A DNA stretch of 64,000 nucleotides from Pavona decussata (taxonomy: Eukaryota). Shown piece after piece: positions 1 through 12,937 of this stretch; position 1 is the stretch's first letter, and every line of letters starts with the position of its first letter. Under the pieces are notes generated by a model. It searched no databases and was not told the DNA's origin. It was given only the letters and a program-made list of their open reading frames with translations. The DNA lies in NCBI GenBank assembly GCA_977016875.1, contig CDRNST010000171.1, forward strand, positions 248,001 through 312,000, given 5' to 3'. The translations under genes were made by a program, and so were the position numbers.

Positions 1-268
1 TTACTAAAGTAAAAGTGCTCTTTCTAGTGCTGGTATACGTTTTTAATGTTAAGTTATTTGAATTTTCGGCCGCCATTTTGGAGAAGGGTCTATTTTACCG
101 CCTTGAAAGAGTCGGTAGGTGTCAGAAGGTAAAACTACCGAACATCATTCAAATGAATTTATCGGGTATCGAGCGGCAGCCCACTCTTGACCCATGACAG
201 AGGAACGCACCAAGGCAAAAACGAATGCAGAACTCAATGGACTGAATAACAATGCTTTGTCTCTTAAG

Positions 269-505
269 CCTCATTCACACCAACAAAACATGTTCAATTA
301 AACCAGGTTTAACAAAATGAAAATTGGTAACAGAACTGAACCATTGGCTTTGACATAGGATTCAAGTAAACTTTAACTTAAGCTTTCATTTATGGTAAAT
401 CTGTAGTCGACAAAAATCCCAAAACAGTTTTTATGAAAGAAACAATTTTAAACTGTGTTTAACTAAACAGCTTTTAAACGTGTTTAAGCCTTGGTGTGAA
501 TGGGG
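269..505. mobile_element. Small MITE-like element with ~15-bp TIRs
   Basis: cctcattcacaccaa (269-283) matches the reverse complement of ttggtgtgaatgggg (491-505) at 14/15; non-coding interior; no clean TSD seen. Confidence 0.5.
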
Positions 506-1120
506 TGAGTACCTTCCTAACATGTTCTCAGAATCTGGGCCAATATCAGCTTCAACGTTATTATAAAAAGGGTTCTTATTAATATAAAAAAAAATACCTC
601 TTTGTATTGCAAATAATTTAATCGTCGAATTGTCATCCGCTTAAGCTTTCGATCTTTTAGTTTCCCAACGTGCTCAATGTTAATTATGTTTCGAATAACC
701 TTCGCCCTTTTGTCTTGAAATTCAATAATTCAATTCGACCGGCAAATGACCTCAACTATGGCACACTCTAAATTAACCTCGCCACTGAAAATTCTCCTCA
801 GTAGCTTTCACATTAATGCTTAAACTTAAGGGTTTTTCCAGATTCGAAAGTAAAAACGACACTTCAGCACATGATGGAAAGTTTACCCCGAAACAAAAAT
901 AATTAAACATTGTCAGTTCTTGAAGATGATTAGCCGAGCATTAGCACGCACTCTGTAACGCCTTTAGTCGAGTTCCAAGCAAGCGTGTTCTTAAAACAGG
1001 TTTGTACACAACCCTTTAAGGGAAAACAGCGAGAACTATCACAACTGGAGTTGTCTTCAACCTAGTATCTCTAAACAGCCAGCCTTCAGATTAAAGAAAT
1101 ACTGGTATTGCTCGTGAAGA

Positions 1121-2745
1121 ATGCCTGTTGGTCATACCATTGCAGAGTTCTTCGGTCATTTGGTTTTTAGCTTCACACGTAGTGTAGCGGAACATTATAG
1201 CTTTCATGAACCAGAGAATCTCTCGGACTTGTTTGGCTACAACGCTCTGGAGGATACAGGCAAGGAATGGTATTGTGAACATGTCGATGAAGTTATTTAC
1301 CAAGAATACAGCAACAGCGAAGCAACTGCCCTGGATTATTTATCGACTAGCAGTCCTAACGTAACGCTAATAGATGCATGTTCGACAGAAAACAACGAAG
1401 AAACGCAGGAAACACGCGAGGATACAGCAATGGCTTGGAAACAGCTCAGACCATCGATCTTTCGGACAGTGTCGAGTTCATTGTGTTTTGGGTTTTTGAT
1501 ATCTGTGTTGACTGCCACAGTCATTGGAACCCTCTCTATTGTCGTGTATTACCTCAGCTATCAAACACTACTAAACTGTAAATCTCATGTCAAGGAAACG
1601 ATTCCAATCAAACTGCAATGGGTCAAAACAGTTTCAGAGATTGTGGTTGTCCTGTTGTTTTACTTTTGGTTCTACCTCAGCACGTTGTGTTATTTTCGAC
1701 CATTTCAATTATCCGGTCTCAAAATGAAGCTTTCCGTAATCTGCCTGGTTTGTTATTCTTTGGACGTTTTCTATCGGATTGCTATGCAAGCGCTTGGACT
1801 GTCAAACTCGGAGTTGTCACCGACACAAAAAATTCCTTTGATTTTGCTTTTCTTCCTGAGCGCTTTTATTCAAGTATGCATAATTGTGAAACACTTTTGT
1901 CGGGGTCCTAGAAAAACGCAGTGCAAATTGTTCGTCCTTACCTCACTTCCTTGTGTTATGTCATATATTGCGGCCGTGATTCTCGCTTATTTTATCTACC
2001 CAGCTTATATCAAACAAGACAAGACTGGCAAAATGCTAATTGCAATTTTCACTCCTTTGATCACTGTCCCAGTAAAAGGTTTCTCACGTATTTGTGTTCA
2101 GCGGTTGTGGAGATACAACCATCCGGGAACTTCATTCGTGCTTCTTGCTCCGACGTACTGCGGGTCAGCGGTAATGTTGCGACTTTTGCAAGTGGATCTG
2201 CAGCGTTTGGAATCTGTTGCACTGATCGGAGTGATTCATGGGATTGCAGAAGTCATTGAACGTGCAGCATGGTTCTGATAGACCATTTTTATAACCAAGT
2301 CTTGGAAAAGACAAGAATTCCTTTGGGAGGTTTCCGTACCCCTCGTCGAGAGAGACTTACGGCTGACATCTCGATTATGAGCATGTTATATGAATCAAGT
2401 GCGGTGATATCCGTCAACGGCTTTCTGTATTTGTATCAATATTTTTACACAAGTGACAATTCTCCGCTTCAGCTCCTTCAGTCATTTGCCATCAAGACCT
2501 CAGTTCCACTTGTTATTGAGTGGTTTTTCACCAGTGTGTCTATAGCTATTGAAACTCGCTACCAGAACATGCCAATAATGGCGGTCTGGCGGAAACAATG
2601 GAGAAGGCACATTATTGTAGCTGTTATAAACTGCACGGCCGTCACTGTCTGGGCGTGCACCTACCTCTTCTTAATTGTCAAAGTTCGTTTCTGTTTCAGT
2701 GGCAAATGTCTTGACCACTGTGAGATGCCATTCAGTAAGCTATGA
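1121..2745 (+). pseudogene. Array copy 1, the most divergent orphan ~11-TM protein; 1-bp deletion near 2263 splits the ORF (1121-2278 and 2269-2745)
   Basis: Both ORFs align end to end with the intact paralogs; gaacgtgcagcatgg here vs gaacgtagcagcatgg in the others (one A missing). Could be an assembly indel. Confidence 0.85.
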
Positions 2746-2750
2746 TCTCA

Positions 2751-3474
2751 AGGACGGTGCCGCTTTTTGCTACTGCGCATGTGTTCTGCGCATCTCGGGA
2801 TTGCCCATGAACCTTTACAGTCGATCCACGTCACGCGTTCTCAGTATTTCCGAGAATGAAATGAGCATTCGTATAGGCCATTTCCGAGCTGCTGTAAACC
2901 TCACTATTAAGCGAGGCTAAGTGCAAAACATTTCATATGAAATAAGGTTTGTTTGCATATGAATAAAAACTAATTTTCATTACAAAAACTTTGCACTTAG
3001 CCTCGCTTTCATAATGAGGTTCAAAGCAACTCGGAAATGGTCCGGCATTTGAATGGACTCTTGAACATTTCACTGGGAATCTTTGTGAAAAAGACGCATT
3101 AATTGAAAGAAGATTCAAAATACTTGGAGACAATTGTTATTCTTGAAATACTTAATGATGTAATGTAAAGACAAATTCATAGCTAAATACCGTCAATAAA
3201 CTAGGGAAATTTCCACGGGAACTCTGAAATCTCGTTGGCGATGTTCAAGACTGACACGTAAATTTCAAACTCCGATCAAATTTCAAAAATACTGGTCACG
3301 CGTGACGTGGATTGATTAATTTGTTAAGGAGGATACATACAAATTCATATGTATTTTTACGCGGTTTATGACTATGTGGAAAAACAAGATCTTAGCAAGG
3401 GCTATTGAAATTAAAAAACAAAAAAATTGAGAGTAACCAGCATTAAATAACTCAGTATTAGGGGGCACTGTCCT
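2751..3474. mobile_element. Non-autonomous TIR element (Kolobok-like ends), interrupted by a MITE
   Basis: aggacggtgcc (2751-2761) vs ggcactgtcct (3464-3474), a 10/11 inverted match; superfamily assigned from memory of similar ends only. Confidence 0.45.
2876..3043. mobile_element. Palindromic MITE (~170 bp) nested in the previous element
   Basis: Arms ccatttccgag...cgaggctaagtgcaaa and tttgcacttagcctcg...ctcggaaatgg are reverse complements. Confidence 0.65.
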
Positions 3475-3559
3475 GAGGTTAACGGAAACGACGTTGTTTG
3501 GCGTGTATGCCCATGAGCCTCCGCGCAGCGTAGATTAATGACGGAGATCGTAGGTGATC

Positions 3560-3745
3560 TACAACAACAACAATTTATTTTATAAATTCAGATTACATAA
3601 GGGGCTTGTCCCGCAAATAGCCACAAAGCTAGTCGAGACGGGACAAGACGAGCACGAGAACATAATGGAAAAAAAGGTAAAACTTTACGGTTTACTAGGT
3701 TTATGCGTAAATACACGACTTCCATTCTTCGAAGAACAGCGATAA
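3560..3745 (-). mobile_element. Possible 3' end of a non-LTR retrotransposon
   Basis: Minus strand shows stem cttgtcccg...cgggacaag, then AATAAA and a (TTG)n tail. Confidence 0.35.
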
Positions 3746-4475
3746 ATATAGTGTTGTATCATGAAAATAGATTATTTATACCTATCTACGTTTTGCATTT
3801 ATTTTGTTGTTATTGTTTCATGTTTGCGGGAACTATTTTTGCAATTGCAGTTGGATGCTGATATTGCTGTTTTCGGTAGATAACTAATAACTTGCGATAC
3901 CCATAAATTCAGTGTATAGTTTTTTGAAACCGTTCACTCATTAAAGTAACGAAATTTAGAAGGCGTATGTTTCAGCTCGGTTGTGACATGTGAAAGTGAT
4001 CCGAGCGTCAGCTGTGAACTAACGGAAAATGAACGAGCTCTTTGTTGCACTGTTGCAGTCTTTTGTTTCTTTTGATTTCAACAATCTTCTTTTGCAAGAA
4101 CACGGCCGCATCAGTAAATATAGACAAACGCGCCTTTGTATAAAATATTAATACTAGAAAGTTCAACAGGTCGAAGTTTAGAATTTGTGCGCAAAAGTTT
4201 TTAACAGGAAAATCATTTTGTTGATATTTGAAAGTAATGACAAGAATCGCCAAAATTAGGACGCGCAAAAATTTCATGTCGTACGGTATCAGACTTGTAA
4301 GCTGTTAGTTAATTTGGCAGTAAGCCATAGCCTGTCTGGATAAACTCATGAACACTGATTTTGTAGGTCGGAGAAAAAGACAGGCAAAACAATACGAAAC
4401 GAGAGTGAATGTTCTGTTTTAGTCTAAGTTCCTTTCAACCCCCCTCCCCCACCCGCCACTGTGTGACATATCCTT

Positions 4476-5200
4476 AAGTGTGACCATTCAAATGAAAGCT
4501 ACTGAGCAGTACTTTCTTGTGGTGCTGTTAATTATGCTGTACAGGGTGGCTCTAACTTTTGAGGTTGTAGATGAAATATTAAAGTGTGACCATTCAAATG
4601 AAAGCTACTGAGCAGTACTTTCCTGTGGTGCTGTTTATTTTGCTGTACAAGGTGGTTCTACCTTTTGAGTCTGTGAATGAAATCCTAAAGTGCGACCATT
4701 CAAATGAAAGTTACTGAGCAGTACTTTCCTGTGGTGCTGTTTATTATGCTGTACAAGGTGATTCTACCTTTTGAGTCTGTGGATGAAATCCTAAAGTGTG
4801 ACCATTCAAATGAAAGCTACTGAGCAGTACTTTCCTGTGATGCTGTTTATTATGCTGTACAAGGTGATTCTACCTTTTGAGTCAGTGGGTGAAATCCTAA
4901 AGTGTGGCCATTCAAATGAAAGCTACTGAGTAGCACTTTCCTGTGGTGCTGTTTATTATGCTGTACAAGGTGATTCTACCTTTTGAGTCTGTGGATGAAA
5001 TCCTAAAGTGTGACCATTCAAATGAAAGTTACTGAGCAGTACTTTCCAGTGGTGCTGTTTATTATGCTATACAAGGTGGTTCTAACTTTTGAGTCAGTGG
5101 GTGAAATCCTAAAGTGTGGCCATTCAAATGAAAGCTACTGAGCAGTACTTTCCTGTGGTGCCGGTTTATTACGCTAGAGAAGGTTGTTCTAACCTTTTAG
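4476..5200. repeat. 106-bp minisatellite, ~7 tandem copies
   Basis: g(a/g)ccattcaaatgaaag recurs at 4482, 4588, 4694, 4800, 4906, 5012 and 5118 (period 106); the whole unit is repeated. Confidence 0.95.
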
Positions 5201-6039
5201 TCCGTTGATTAGTCTGCGATGGAAAGTGGACGCCCAAGATGCCTCCTGCCTATTTTTTTCCAATTCTAGACAAAACAACCCAACAAATTTAAATTCAAAT
5301 TTTATAAACAGATACATATCAATTTTAATTTATTTTAAAAATAAGTAGTGAACTCAACATAAGCTATGATGGAGATAAAACTTTACACTACGGCTAAATT
5401 TTGCAAATTTCGCTTTCTCGGCCAGAACTGAGTTGTAGAGATGACAATGTAGCTACCGCTGGCCATAAAAAACGCGGCACTTAGCGTATTACACCAAGGT
5501 GGAAGGTGCAAGCGCACTCATGGCAAATTTGCATCGGTTGTAACAGGAACAAAACAATTTGGTTCTGAGCTAAAGCCTTGCTTCTATATATAGGATCATA
5601 ACAATTCTGAAATCATATCAGATAGAAAAAAAATTCTGCCATCGTTCGCGATCGTCTGCATCTCCTGCGATTGAGACGCGAGAGTGCGATCATGATCCGA
5701 TACCCAATCTCGGACCCAGACCCTTCAGGCTCTGTCGTCAGCAGTATATCGCTTGGGGACCATCCGCTGACCAAACAGCATAAAAACTCTGAGTAACTCT
5801 GAGCACCAGGTTGAACAGTTCAAAGTGTGACCAATTCCGCTGTCCAGAAAGTATGTGGGCAGCGCTTTAGCCAAACGGGCTAAAAGACCTCGTGTAGTTA
5901 CCTTGAAATGTCTTCTGTTATTGGAAAGTTAACTTAGAACGTACAATCACTGTCATTTTATCTCAGGTCAGTAATCTATTACGCTCTCGACCAAGTTCCC
6001 GAGGTTGTTGCGCACTAACTGAAATGAATCCTAGCCATA

Positions 6040-7662
6040 TTAGCTGAATGGCATCTCGCAGTGATCTTGAAATTTTTCTTTAAAACGTTGTTGTACAGCC
6101 GTTAAAAGACTGGCACTTGACCACATGGAGATTATGACCATATTAACCAATGCCACGATAATGTGCCTTCTCCATTGTTTCCGCCAGACCGCTATTATTG
6201 GCATGTTTTGGTAGCGAGTTTCAATAGCTATAGAGACACTGGTGAAAAACCACTCAATAACAAGTGGAACTGAGGTGGTGATGGCAAATGACTGAAGAAG
6301 CTGAAGAGGAGAATTGTCACTTGTGTAAAAATATTGATACAAATACAGAAAGCCATTGACGGATAACACCGCACTTGATTCATACAACATGCCCATAATA
6401 CAGATGTCAGCTGCAAGTCTCTCTCGACGAGGGCTACGGAAACCTCCCAAAGGAATTCTTCTCTTTTCCAAGACTTGATTATAAAAATGGTCTATAAGAA
6501 CCATGCTGCTACGTTCAATGACTTCTGCAATCCCATGAATCACTCCGATCAGTGCAACGGATTCCAAACTCTCAAGATCTACTTGTAAAAGTCTAAGTAC
6601 TATCGCTGACCCACAATACAGCGGGACCAACAGCACAAAAGAAGTTCCCGGATGGCTGATTCGACACCACAACCGCTGAACACAAATACGTGATGCTCCT
6701 TTTAGGAAAACTCCGATGAGTGGTGCAAATATCGCAATTATAACTTTGCGGTTTTTGTCTTGTCTGTTGTACGCTGGGTAAATTAAGTCAGAAAACAGAT
6801 CGGCGACAACATTTGTTGAAACACAGGGAACAATGAACAGTAAAATTAACTTGAAGCGAATAATTCCAGGCCTGTTACAAAAATGTCTGGTGATCATGTA
6901 AATCTGTGAACAGATAGATAAGTAAAATAGAATCCTGCAAGGAATAAGCTGCAAAGCTTTAAACTTAAAGTTTGCGATCGAGATTCCGAAAACTTGCATA
7001 ACAATTCTATAAGCAGAATCCAAACAAAAGGGGACGAAACAAAGAAGAAAAATTCTAAGTTTGAGACCTGATATTTGAAACGGCCGAAATAATAATAACA
7101 CATTGAGAAAAAACCAGTGGTACATAAACCAGATGAAGAAGACTTTTGACAGGGTTATCACCCACTGCAGCTTCATTGGAATCGAGTCCGCTTTGGATTG
7201 ATCTTTGCAACTGAGCAGTGTTTGATAGCTGAGGTAATAAACGAGAACGGAGATGATGCCAACGATTGTGCCACTCAACACGGATATAAAAAACCCGAAA
7301 CAAAATGAACTCGACACTGTTCGAAAGATCGATGGTCTGAGCTGTTTCCACGCCATTGCTGTATCCCCGCGTGTTTCCTGCGTTTCTTCGTTGTCTTCTG
7401 TTGAACACGCATCTATAAGCCTCGCATTAACACTGCTTCTCGTTAGATAATCCATGGCAGTTGCTTCGCTATTGCTGTATTCTTGGTAAATAACTTCATC
7501 GACAGGTTGACAATACCACTCTTTGCCTGTGTCCTCCAGAGCGTTGTAGCCAAACAAGTTTGAGAGATTCTCGTCTTCCTTAAAATTATAGTGTTCGGTG
7601 ACACTGCGAGTGAAGCTGTAGAGGATGTGCCCAAAGAACTCTGCAATAGTGTGGGTAAACAT
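6040..7662 (-). CDS. Array copy 2: orphan ~11-TM membrane protein, 540 aa (subtype A1)
   Basis: Intact intronless ORF paralogous to all other copies; about 11 hydrophobic segments. Confidence 0.9.
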   Translation of the reverse strand: MFTHTIAEFFGHILYSFTRSVTEHYNFKEDENLSNLFGYNALEDTGKEWYCQPVDEVIYQEYSNSEATAMDYLTRSSVNARLIDACSTEDNEETQETRGDTAMAWKQLRPSIFRTVSSSFCFGFFISVLSGTIVGIISVLVYYLSYQTLLSCKDQSKADSIPMKLQWVITLSKVFFIWFMYHWFFLNVLLLFRPFQISGLKLRIFLLCFVPFCLDSAYRIVMQVFGISIANFKFKALQLIPCRILFYLSICSQIYMITRHFCNRPGIIRFKLILLFIVPCVSTNVVADLFSDLIYPAYNRQDKNRKVIIAIFAPLIGVFLKGASRICVQRLWCRISHPGTSFVLLVPLYCGSAIVLRLLQVDLESLESVALIGVIHGIAEVIERSSMVLIDHFYNQVLEKRRIPLGGFRSPRRERLAADICIMGMLYESSAVLSVNGFLYLYQYFYTSDNSPLQLLQSFAITTSVPLVIEWFFTSVSIAIETRYQNMPIIAVWRKQWRRHIIVALVNMVIISMWSSASLLTAVQQRFKEKFQDHCEMPFS

Positions 7663-9762
7663 TACTTGATTTCAAACACTCTGCTTTTGAAATAATTTGC
7701 TATTTAAGACAGACACTACGGTACCACTTAGGGAAGTTGAAACCCCGAACAAATTATAGAAGATAATACCGAAGGTTAAAAATCTTGGCCCCCGGGTCTG
7801 GTAGAGACCGAAACAGTCATTACGGCAAAGTGACTTTAATTTTGTATTCTGTCTCTCTTGTCTTCTTCACAGATAGATTCAGATGAAGCTTAATTTGAAT
7901 GTTGATCGTTTTAGCACACTTTCAGTATTTTATATTTTTCATTTATGCTTCAGAACTTAATTAGACAAGTAGCACAAAGAACTTCGAGCAATCACATGAA
8001 AGCAGAATTTGGACAAAACTTCCTGTTCCGCTGTTTATTATGCTCTACAAGGTGGTTCTAACATTTTAGTCCGTGAAAATAATTTTAACTTCTGACCATT
8101 AAAATCTCCCAGAGAGGTACCTTATGGTGGTTCTCCGCAATTTAAATGTTTTTCAACTAAATGTAGGGATATATCCAATTTGAATTTCCACGCTGCTCGG
8201 GGAAGAAAAATAAATTTTTAAATTGGATTAGGGGAGGCCTAGGGGTAATATATTAATTCAAATGACGATTCTCTAGAAGTGGAAATCGAACGTTCTTTTG
8301 TCGTCTTTTGCAAGTGCCAAGTTTCCACTCGCGAGAAATAATTTTCGCACGCGATCTCACACTGCGTTTCTCTCTCGAACATCCCTGCCTCAGGCATTTG
8401 AAAGTTTATCTTAAGCCGCACGAGCCTCAACCGAGTGTTTCCATTTATAAGCGATTTTACGTTTAAGCTATGGTCAGGTTTTCCCGGCGAAAACACCTCT
8501 GCTTGTACGTTACTACTAAATTAAGATAGATGAAAGATAGATAGATCATTTACTTAAATATTAAGAATATTTAAAAATTCAGTACCATCAACTATTTAAA
8601 AACATATTAATAATAAAAAAAGGTTAATAAGCGATAATGGAAAACTGTTTTAAATTGGGGGAACGGAAGAATAAAAAAACCCGATAAAAAATGAGTATAA
8701 GATTGATTGCTATTTACATACGTTACTATTGGCTCCGCAACACATGGGCGGAATAAAAGATTGTTTGAAGCGTGCTTTGTAAAATCATGGTAGTTCATAT
8801 ATAGAAATTTCTTACGTTATCCTGTTTTCTCTGTAAATGATTTTTGATAGATTTACTTTTTGCCCGTTTGCTCTCGTCCAACCGACCGATCCAGATTGTG
8901 GCCCTTTCCGAAAAAGTAAAAGGAAGGAATTGAGGAGAGAGAAATATCAATTTACAATACAAAATATATATAAGAATTTTTTATTGTTTAATATTGTCTG
9001 AATACCTTGTGGCTTTTTAACGAAATTTAAGTTAATCAAATATATGATCATTTTCTTTTCAATTTCATTCCCAATTAACCGACCAGAAATTTTGTAACCA
9101 CTGCGAAAGGAAGTGAACGCCTAAGATGCTCCCTGCCAATTTTTCTCTTTCTAGTAAAAAAAAACCAGCTTCAAATTAAAATCCAAATTTCATAAAGAGA
9201 TACATATATAGCAATTGAATATACATTGAACGCAAAACAAACTACAATGCCTGAGATAAAGCTTTACACGACGGCTAACTTTTACAAAGTTCACTTGGTT
9301 AACCAGTCCTGAGTTGTAGACAGATCAATGTGACGGCCTCTGCTGATAACAACTGCAGCGCTTAGCGGATATTTCCGGTCTAGTTCATTGAGGTGAAAGG
9401 TATAAGCGCAAACATGGCAAATTTGCATCGGTTGCAGACAGTTGAGCTATCGTCACAATTCTACAACCATATCAGATAGAAATAATCACTTGTAATCGAG
9501 CAAGTGTAAATTCTCAGCGATCCTTCCGTCGTTTCCGATCATAGAAAAACCAACTGAAGCTTAACCGGCCGCGAATTTTCAACTCGACCAAACAGGTTGA
9601 AAGGACTCGTGCAGTTACCTTGAGACTTATGCTATTGCTAAAAAATTAACTTAGGCGCAAAAAATCATTGCAATTTTAATTTAAATCATTTTATCTCAGG
9701 TCAGTCATCTATTCCTCGTTCCCGAGGTTGTTGCGCATCAACTGAAATGACTCCAAAGCATC

Positions 9763-11376
9763 TTAGCTGAATGGCATCTCGCAGTGGTCTTGAAATTTGT
9801 CTTTAAAACGTTCTTGTACAGCCGTTAAAAGAGCGTAACTTGACCAAACGGAGATTAAAACCATATTAGCCACTGCCACGGTAAGATGCCTTCTCCATTG
9901 TTTTCTCCAGACCGCCATTATTGGCATGTTCTGATAGCGAGTTTCAATGGCTATAGATACACTAGTGAAAAACCACTCAATAACAAGTGGAACTGAGGTG
10001 GTGATGGCAAATGACTGAAGGAGCTGAAGAGGAGAATTGTCACTTGTGTAAAAATACTGATATAGATGCAGAAAGCCGTTGACGGATATCACCGCACTTG
10101 ATTCATACAACATGCTCATAATACAGATGTCAGCCCCAAGTCGCTCTCGACGCGGTGTACGGAAACCTCCCAAAGGAATTCTTCTCTTTTCCAAGGCTTG
10201 ATTATAAAAATGGTCTATCAGAACCATGCTGCTACGTTCAATGACTTCTGCAATCCCATGAATCACTCCGATCAGTGCAACGGATTCCAAACTCTGAAGA
10301 TCCACTTGTAAAAGTCTAAGCACTATCGCTGACCCACAATACAGCGGGGCCAACAGCACGAAAGAGGTTCCCGGATGGCTGATTCGACACCACAACCGCT
10401 GAACACAAATACGTGATGCTCCTTTGAGTAAAACTCCGATGAGCGGTGAAAATATCGCAATTATAACTTTGCCGTTTTTGTCTTGTTTGTTGTACGCTGG
10501 GTAAATTAAGTTAGAAAACAGAACAGCAGCAAGATGTGTTAAAACACAGGGAACAACAAACAGTAAAATTAACTTGAAGCGTATAATTCCAGGCCTTTGG
10601 CAAAAATGCCTGGCGATGATGTAAATCTGTGAACATTCAGACAAGTAAAAAAGCACTTTGCAAGGAATTTCTTCTCTAGTAAAGTGTGCAATTGAGATTC
10701 CGAAAACTTGCATACCTATCCTATAAGCAGAATCTAAACAGTAGGGAATAAAACAAAAAAGAAAAATTTTTAGCTTGAGACCTGATATTTGAAACCATCG
10801 AAAGAAAAATAGGACATTAAGAAAAAACAGATGGTATTGAAAACAGACGAAGAACACTTTTGAAAGGGTTATTACCCACTGCAGCTTAATTGAAATCGAA
10901 TCCGCTTTGGATTGATCTTGACAACTGAGCAGTGTTTGATAGCCGAGGTAATAAACGGCGATAGAGACGATTCCAACGATTGAGGCACTCAACATGGATA
11001 TGAAAAACCCCAAATACAATGAACTCAACACTGTTCGAAAGATCGACGGTCTTAGCTGTTTCCAAGCCATTGCTGTATCCTCGCGTGTTTCCTGTGTTTC
11101 TTCATTGTCTTCTGTTGAACACGCATCTATAAGTCTTGCATTAACACTGCTTCTCGGTAGATAATTCATGGCAGTTGCTTCGCTATTGCTGTACTCTTGG
11201 TAAATAACCTCATCGACGGGTTGACAATACCATTCTTTGCCAGTGTCCTCCAGAGCGTCGTAGCCAAACAAGTCTGTAAGATTCTCGTCTTCGTTAATGT
11301 TATAGTGTTCGGCGACATTGCGAGTGAAGCTGTAGAGGATGTGCGCAAAGAACTCTGCAATAGTGTGGGCAAACAT
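9763..11376 (-). CDS. Array copy 3: orphan ~11-TM protein, 537 aa (subtype B)
   Basis: Intact ORF with the FTREEIPC loop (3 aa shorter than subtype A). Confidence 0.9.
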   Translation of the reverse strand: MFAHTIAEFFAHILYSFTRNVAEHYNINEDENLTDLFGYDALEDTGKEWYCQPVDEVIYQEYSNSEATAMNYLPRSSVNARLIDACSTEDNEETQETREDTAMAWKQLRPSIFRTVLSSLYLGFFISMLSASIVGIVSIAVYYLGYQTLLSCQDQSKADSISIKLQWVITLSKVFFVCFQYHLFFLNVLFFFRWFQISGLKLKIFLFCFIPYCLDSAYRIGMQVFGISIAHFTREEIPCKVLFYLSECSQIYIIARHFCQRPGIIRFKLILLFVVPCVLTHLAAVLFSNLIYPAYNKQDKNGKVIIAIFSPLIGVLLKGASRICVQRLWCRISHPGTSFVLLAPLYCGSAIVLRLLQVDLQSLESVALIGVIHGIAEVIERSSMVLIDHFYNQALEKRRIPLGGFRTPRRERLGADICIMSMLYESSAVISVNGFLHLYQYFYTSDNSPLQLLQSFAITTSVPLVIEWFFTSVSIAIETRYQNMPIMAVWRKQWRRHLTVAVANMVLISVWSSYALLTAVQERFKDKFQDHCEMPFS

Positions 11377-12471
11377 ATTTGACTATAAACTGTAATACCC
11401 CGTGATAAAAAGAAACGCTGAGGTTTAACGATGAGCGTTATATACTCTCGGAGCTGAATTCCAAAAGAAAGACTGCAAAAGCTCTGAATAGTGAGAATTA
11501 AGTCGCGTTGTTACGGACGTGAAATCCTTTCGAGCTGTAGCAGTTAATAAGTATTCCCAAACTGGCTTCAGGTTTGTGTTGGAGTGGTATTAAATTTGTT
11601 TTCTTCACGGACGGGCGCAGTTCAAACTTAGGTTTGAGAGTTAGTCGTTTAAGTGCTTCGTCGATCTTTCAGCTATGTTTTAACTTCCGTCACTACATGG
11701 TGCGAAACTGATAAAGGTCGAATAGTGGAGGTGAGAAAATTTATTAACAAGAGATATGGTGAAATTTAAGCGTTGCCGTTGCGTACCCCTTTGCGCAGAC
11801 ATTTTTTGATGAAATATATATTTTTTCTCCTAATCGACAATAGTTTACAGCCAAATTCGTTGTATCACGCTGCGCGTTTTGCAAACTTCGAAGGGATTTT
11901 GGGTTTTTCTGTTTCGCCAATTATCTTATTGGGGCGGGGTTATGCAAATAACAACGCAACGCGCTCTTGCGATTCTTACGAGACAATGAAAAACGGAACT
12001 GAAAATGACTCGAGAATATCCAAGAAAATTGCGATTGAGAGTGGTATATTTGTTGAGGGAAGGATGGAGGGTGTCAGGTGTAAGCGCACTCATGGCAAAT
12101 TTGCATCGGTTGAAAACAATTTGGTTCTAAGCTAAAGCGTGGCTTCTGTATATATATGATCATAACAATTCTGAAATCATATCAAATGAAAAAAAACTTC
12201 TGCCATCGTACGCGATCGTCTGCGAGTATGATCACCTGATTCTATCTCCTGTGATTGAGAGGCGAGAGTGCGATCATGATCCGATACCCAATCTCGTACC
12301 CAGACCCTTCGGGCTCTTTCATCAGCAGTTTATCGCTTGGGGACCAACCGCTGACCAAACAGCTTAAAGACTCTGAGTAACTCTTAGCACCAGGTTAAAC
12401 AGTTCAAAGTGTGACCAATTCCGATGTCCAGAAAGTATGCAGGCAGCGCTTTGGACAAACGCGCTAAAAGA

Positions 12472-12898
12472 TTTTGGGCGGAAAAACGTTCTGCACAATT
12501 TTACTGCGCATATCCGTTCGCGGGCCCAAGTGAACTGAAAATGCTGCCGTTTGATTCTGTTGTCTTGTTAAGCAGTGGCTTTTGTGGTAAAAATACACTT
12601 TATCATCTACATTTTGACTTATTTTATCGAATATGTTATAAAATCGGACCGGTCATTTTACCAACATCGTGTAAGAACGAAAACTGGACTTGCGGTACAG
12701 GTTCCGGTACATGACTATAAACACAGCAAAGGGACACTTCTAGTAACTACGCTACCCGAGTTTCATTTTTATTTATAATTCTCTATGTTCCTCATTACAA
12801 GACAAATCGTATTCTAGTTGCCCTAAGCACAACTAAAATTGAAATAAAATTATATTTAAAAAAGTTGAAGCTGGTCAACCTCTGCTCACTGGATGCAT

Positions 12899-12937
<39 letters not shown>

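Noticed and set aside
2255-2280. Programmed ribosomal frameshift in copy 1
   Set aside because: No slippery heptamer; the paralogs show a simple 1-bp deletion
4476-5200. CRISPR array
   Set aside because: The entire 106-bp unit repeats, with no unique spacers and no cas genes; the context is eukaryotic
7055-7646. Recurrent short overlapping ORFs (MQSSLGTSST..., MPTLLQSS..., MVNN...)
   Set aside because: Alternate-frame or antisense shadows of the duplicated main CDS with inconsistent lengths
6040-7662. GPCR or other named transporter/receptor call for the array protein
   Set aside because: About 11 hydrophobic segments and no DRY/NPxxY, MFS or ABC motifs that I can recognise, so no gene symbol is given
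11683-11700. ETS/CRE-like promoter motif (tgacggaagt on the minus strand)
   Set aside because: It is altered in several intact copies and there are no TSS data; too weak to call
11773-12135. 120-aa ORF repeated at 41019
   Set aside because: It spans a junction of upstream, repeat and 3'-flank pieces, starts at TTG and is disrupted in the copy at ~33100
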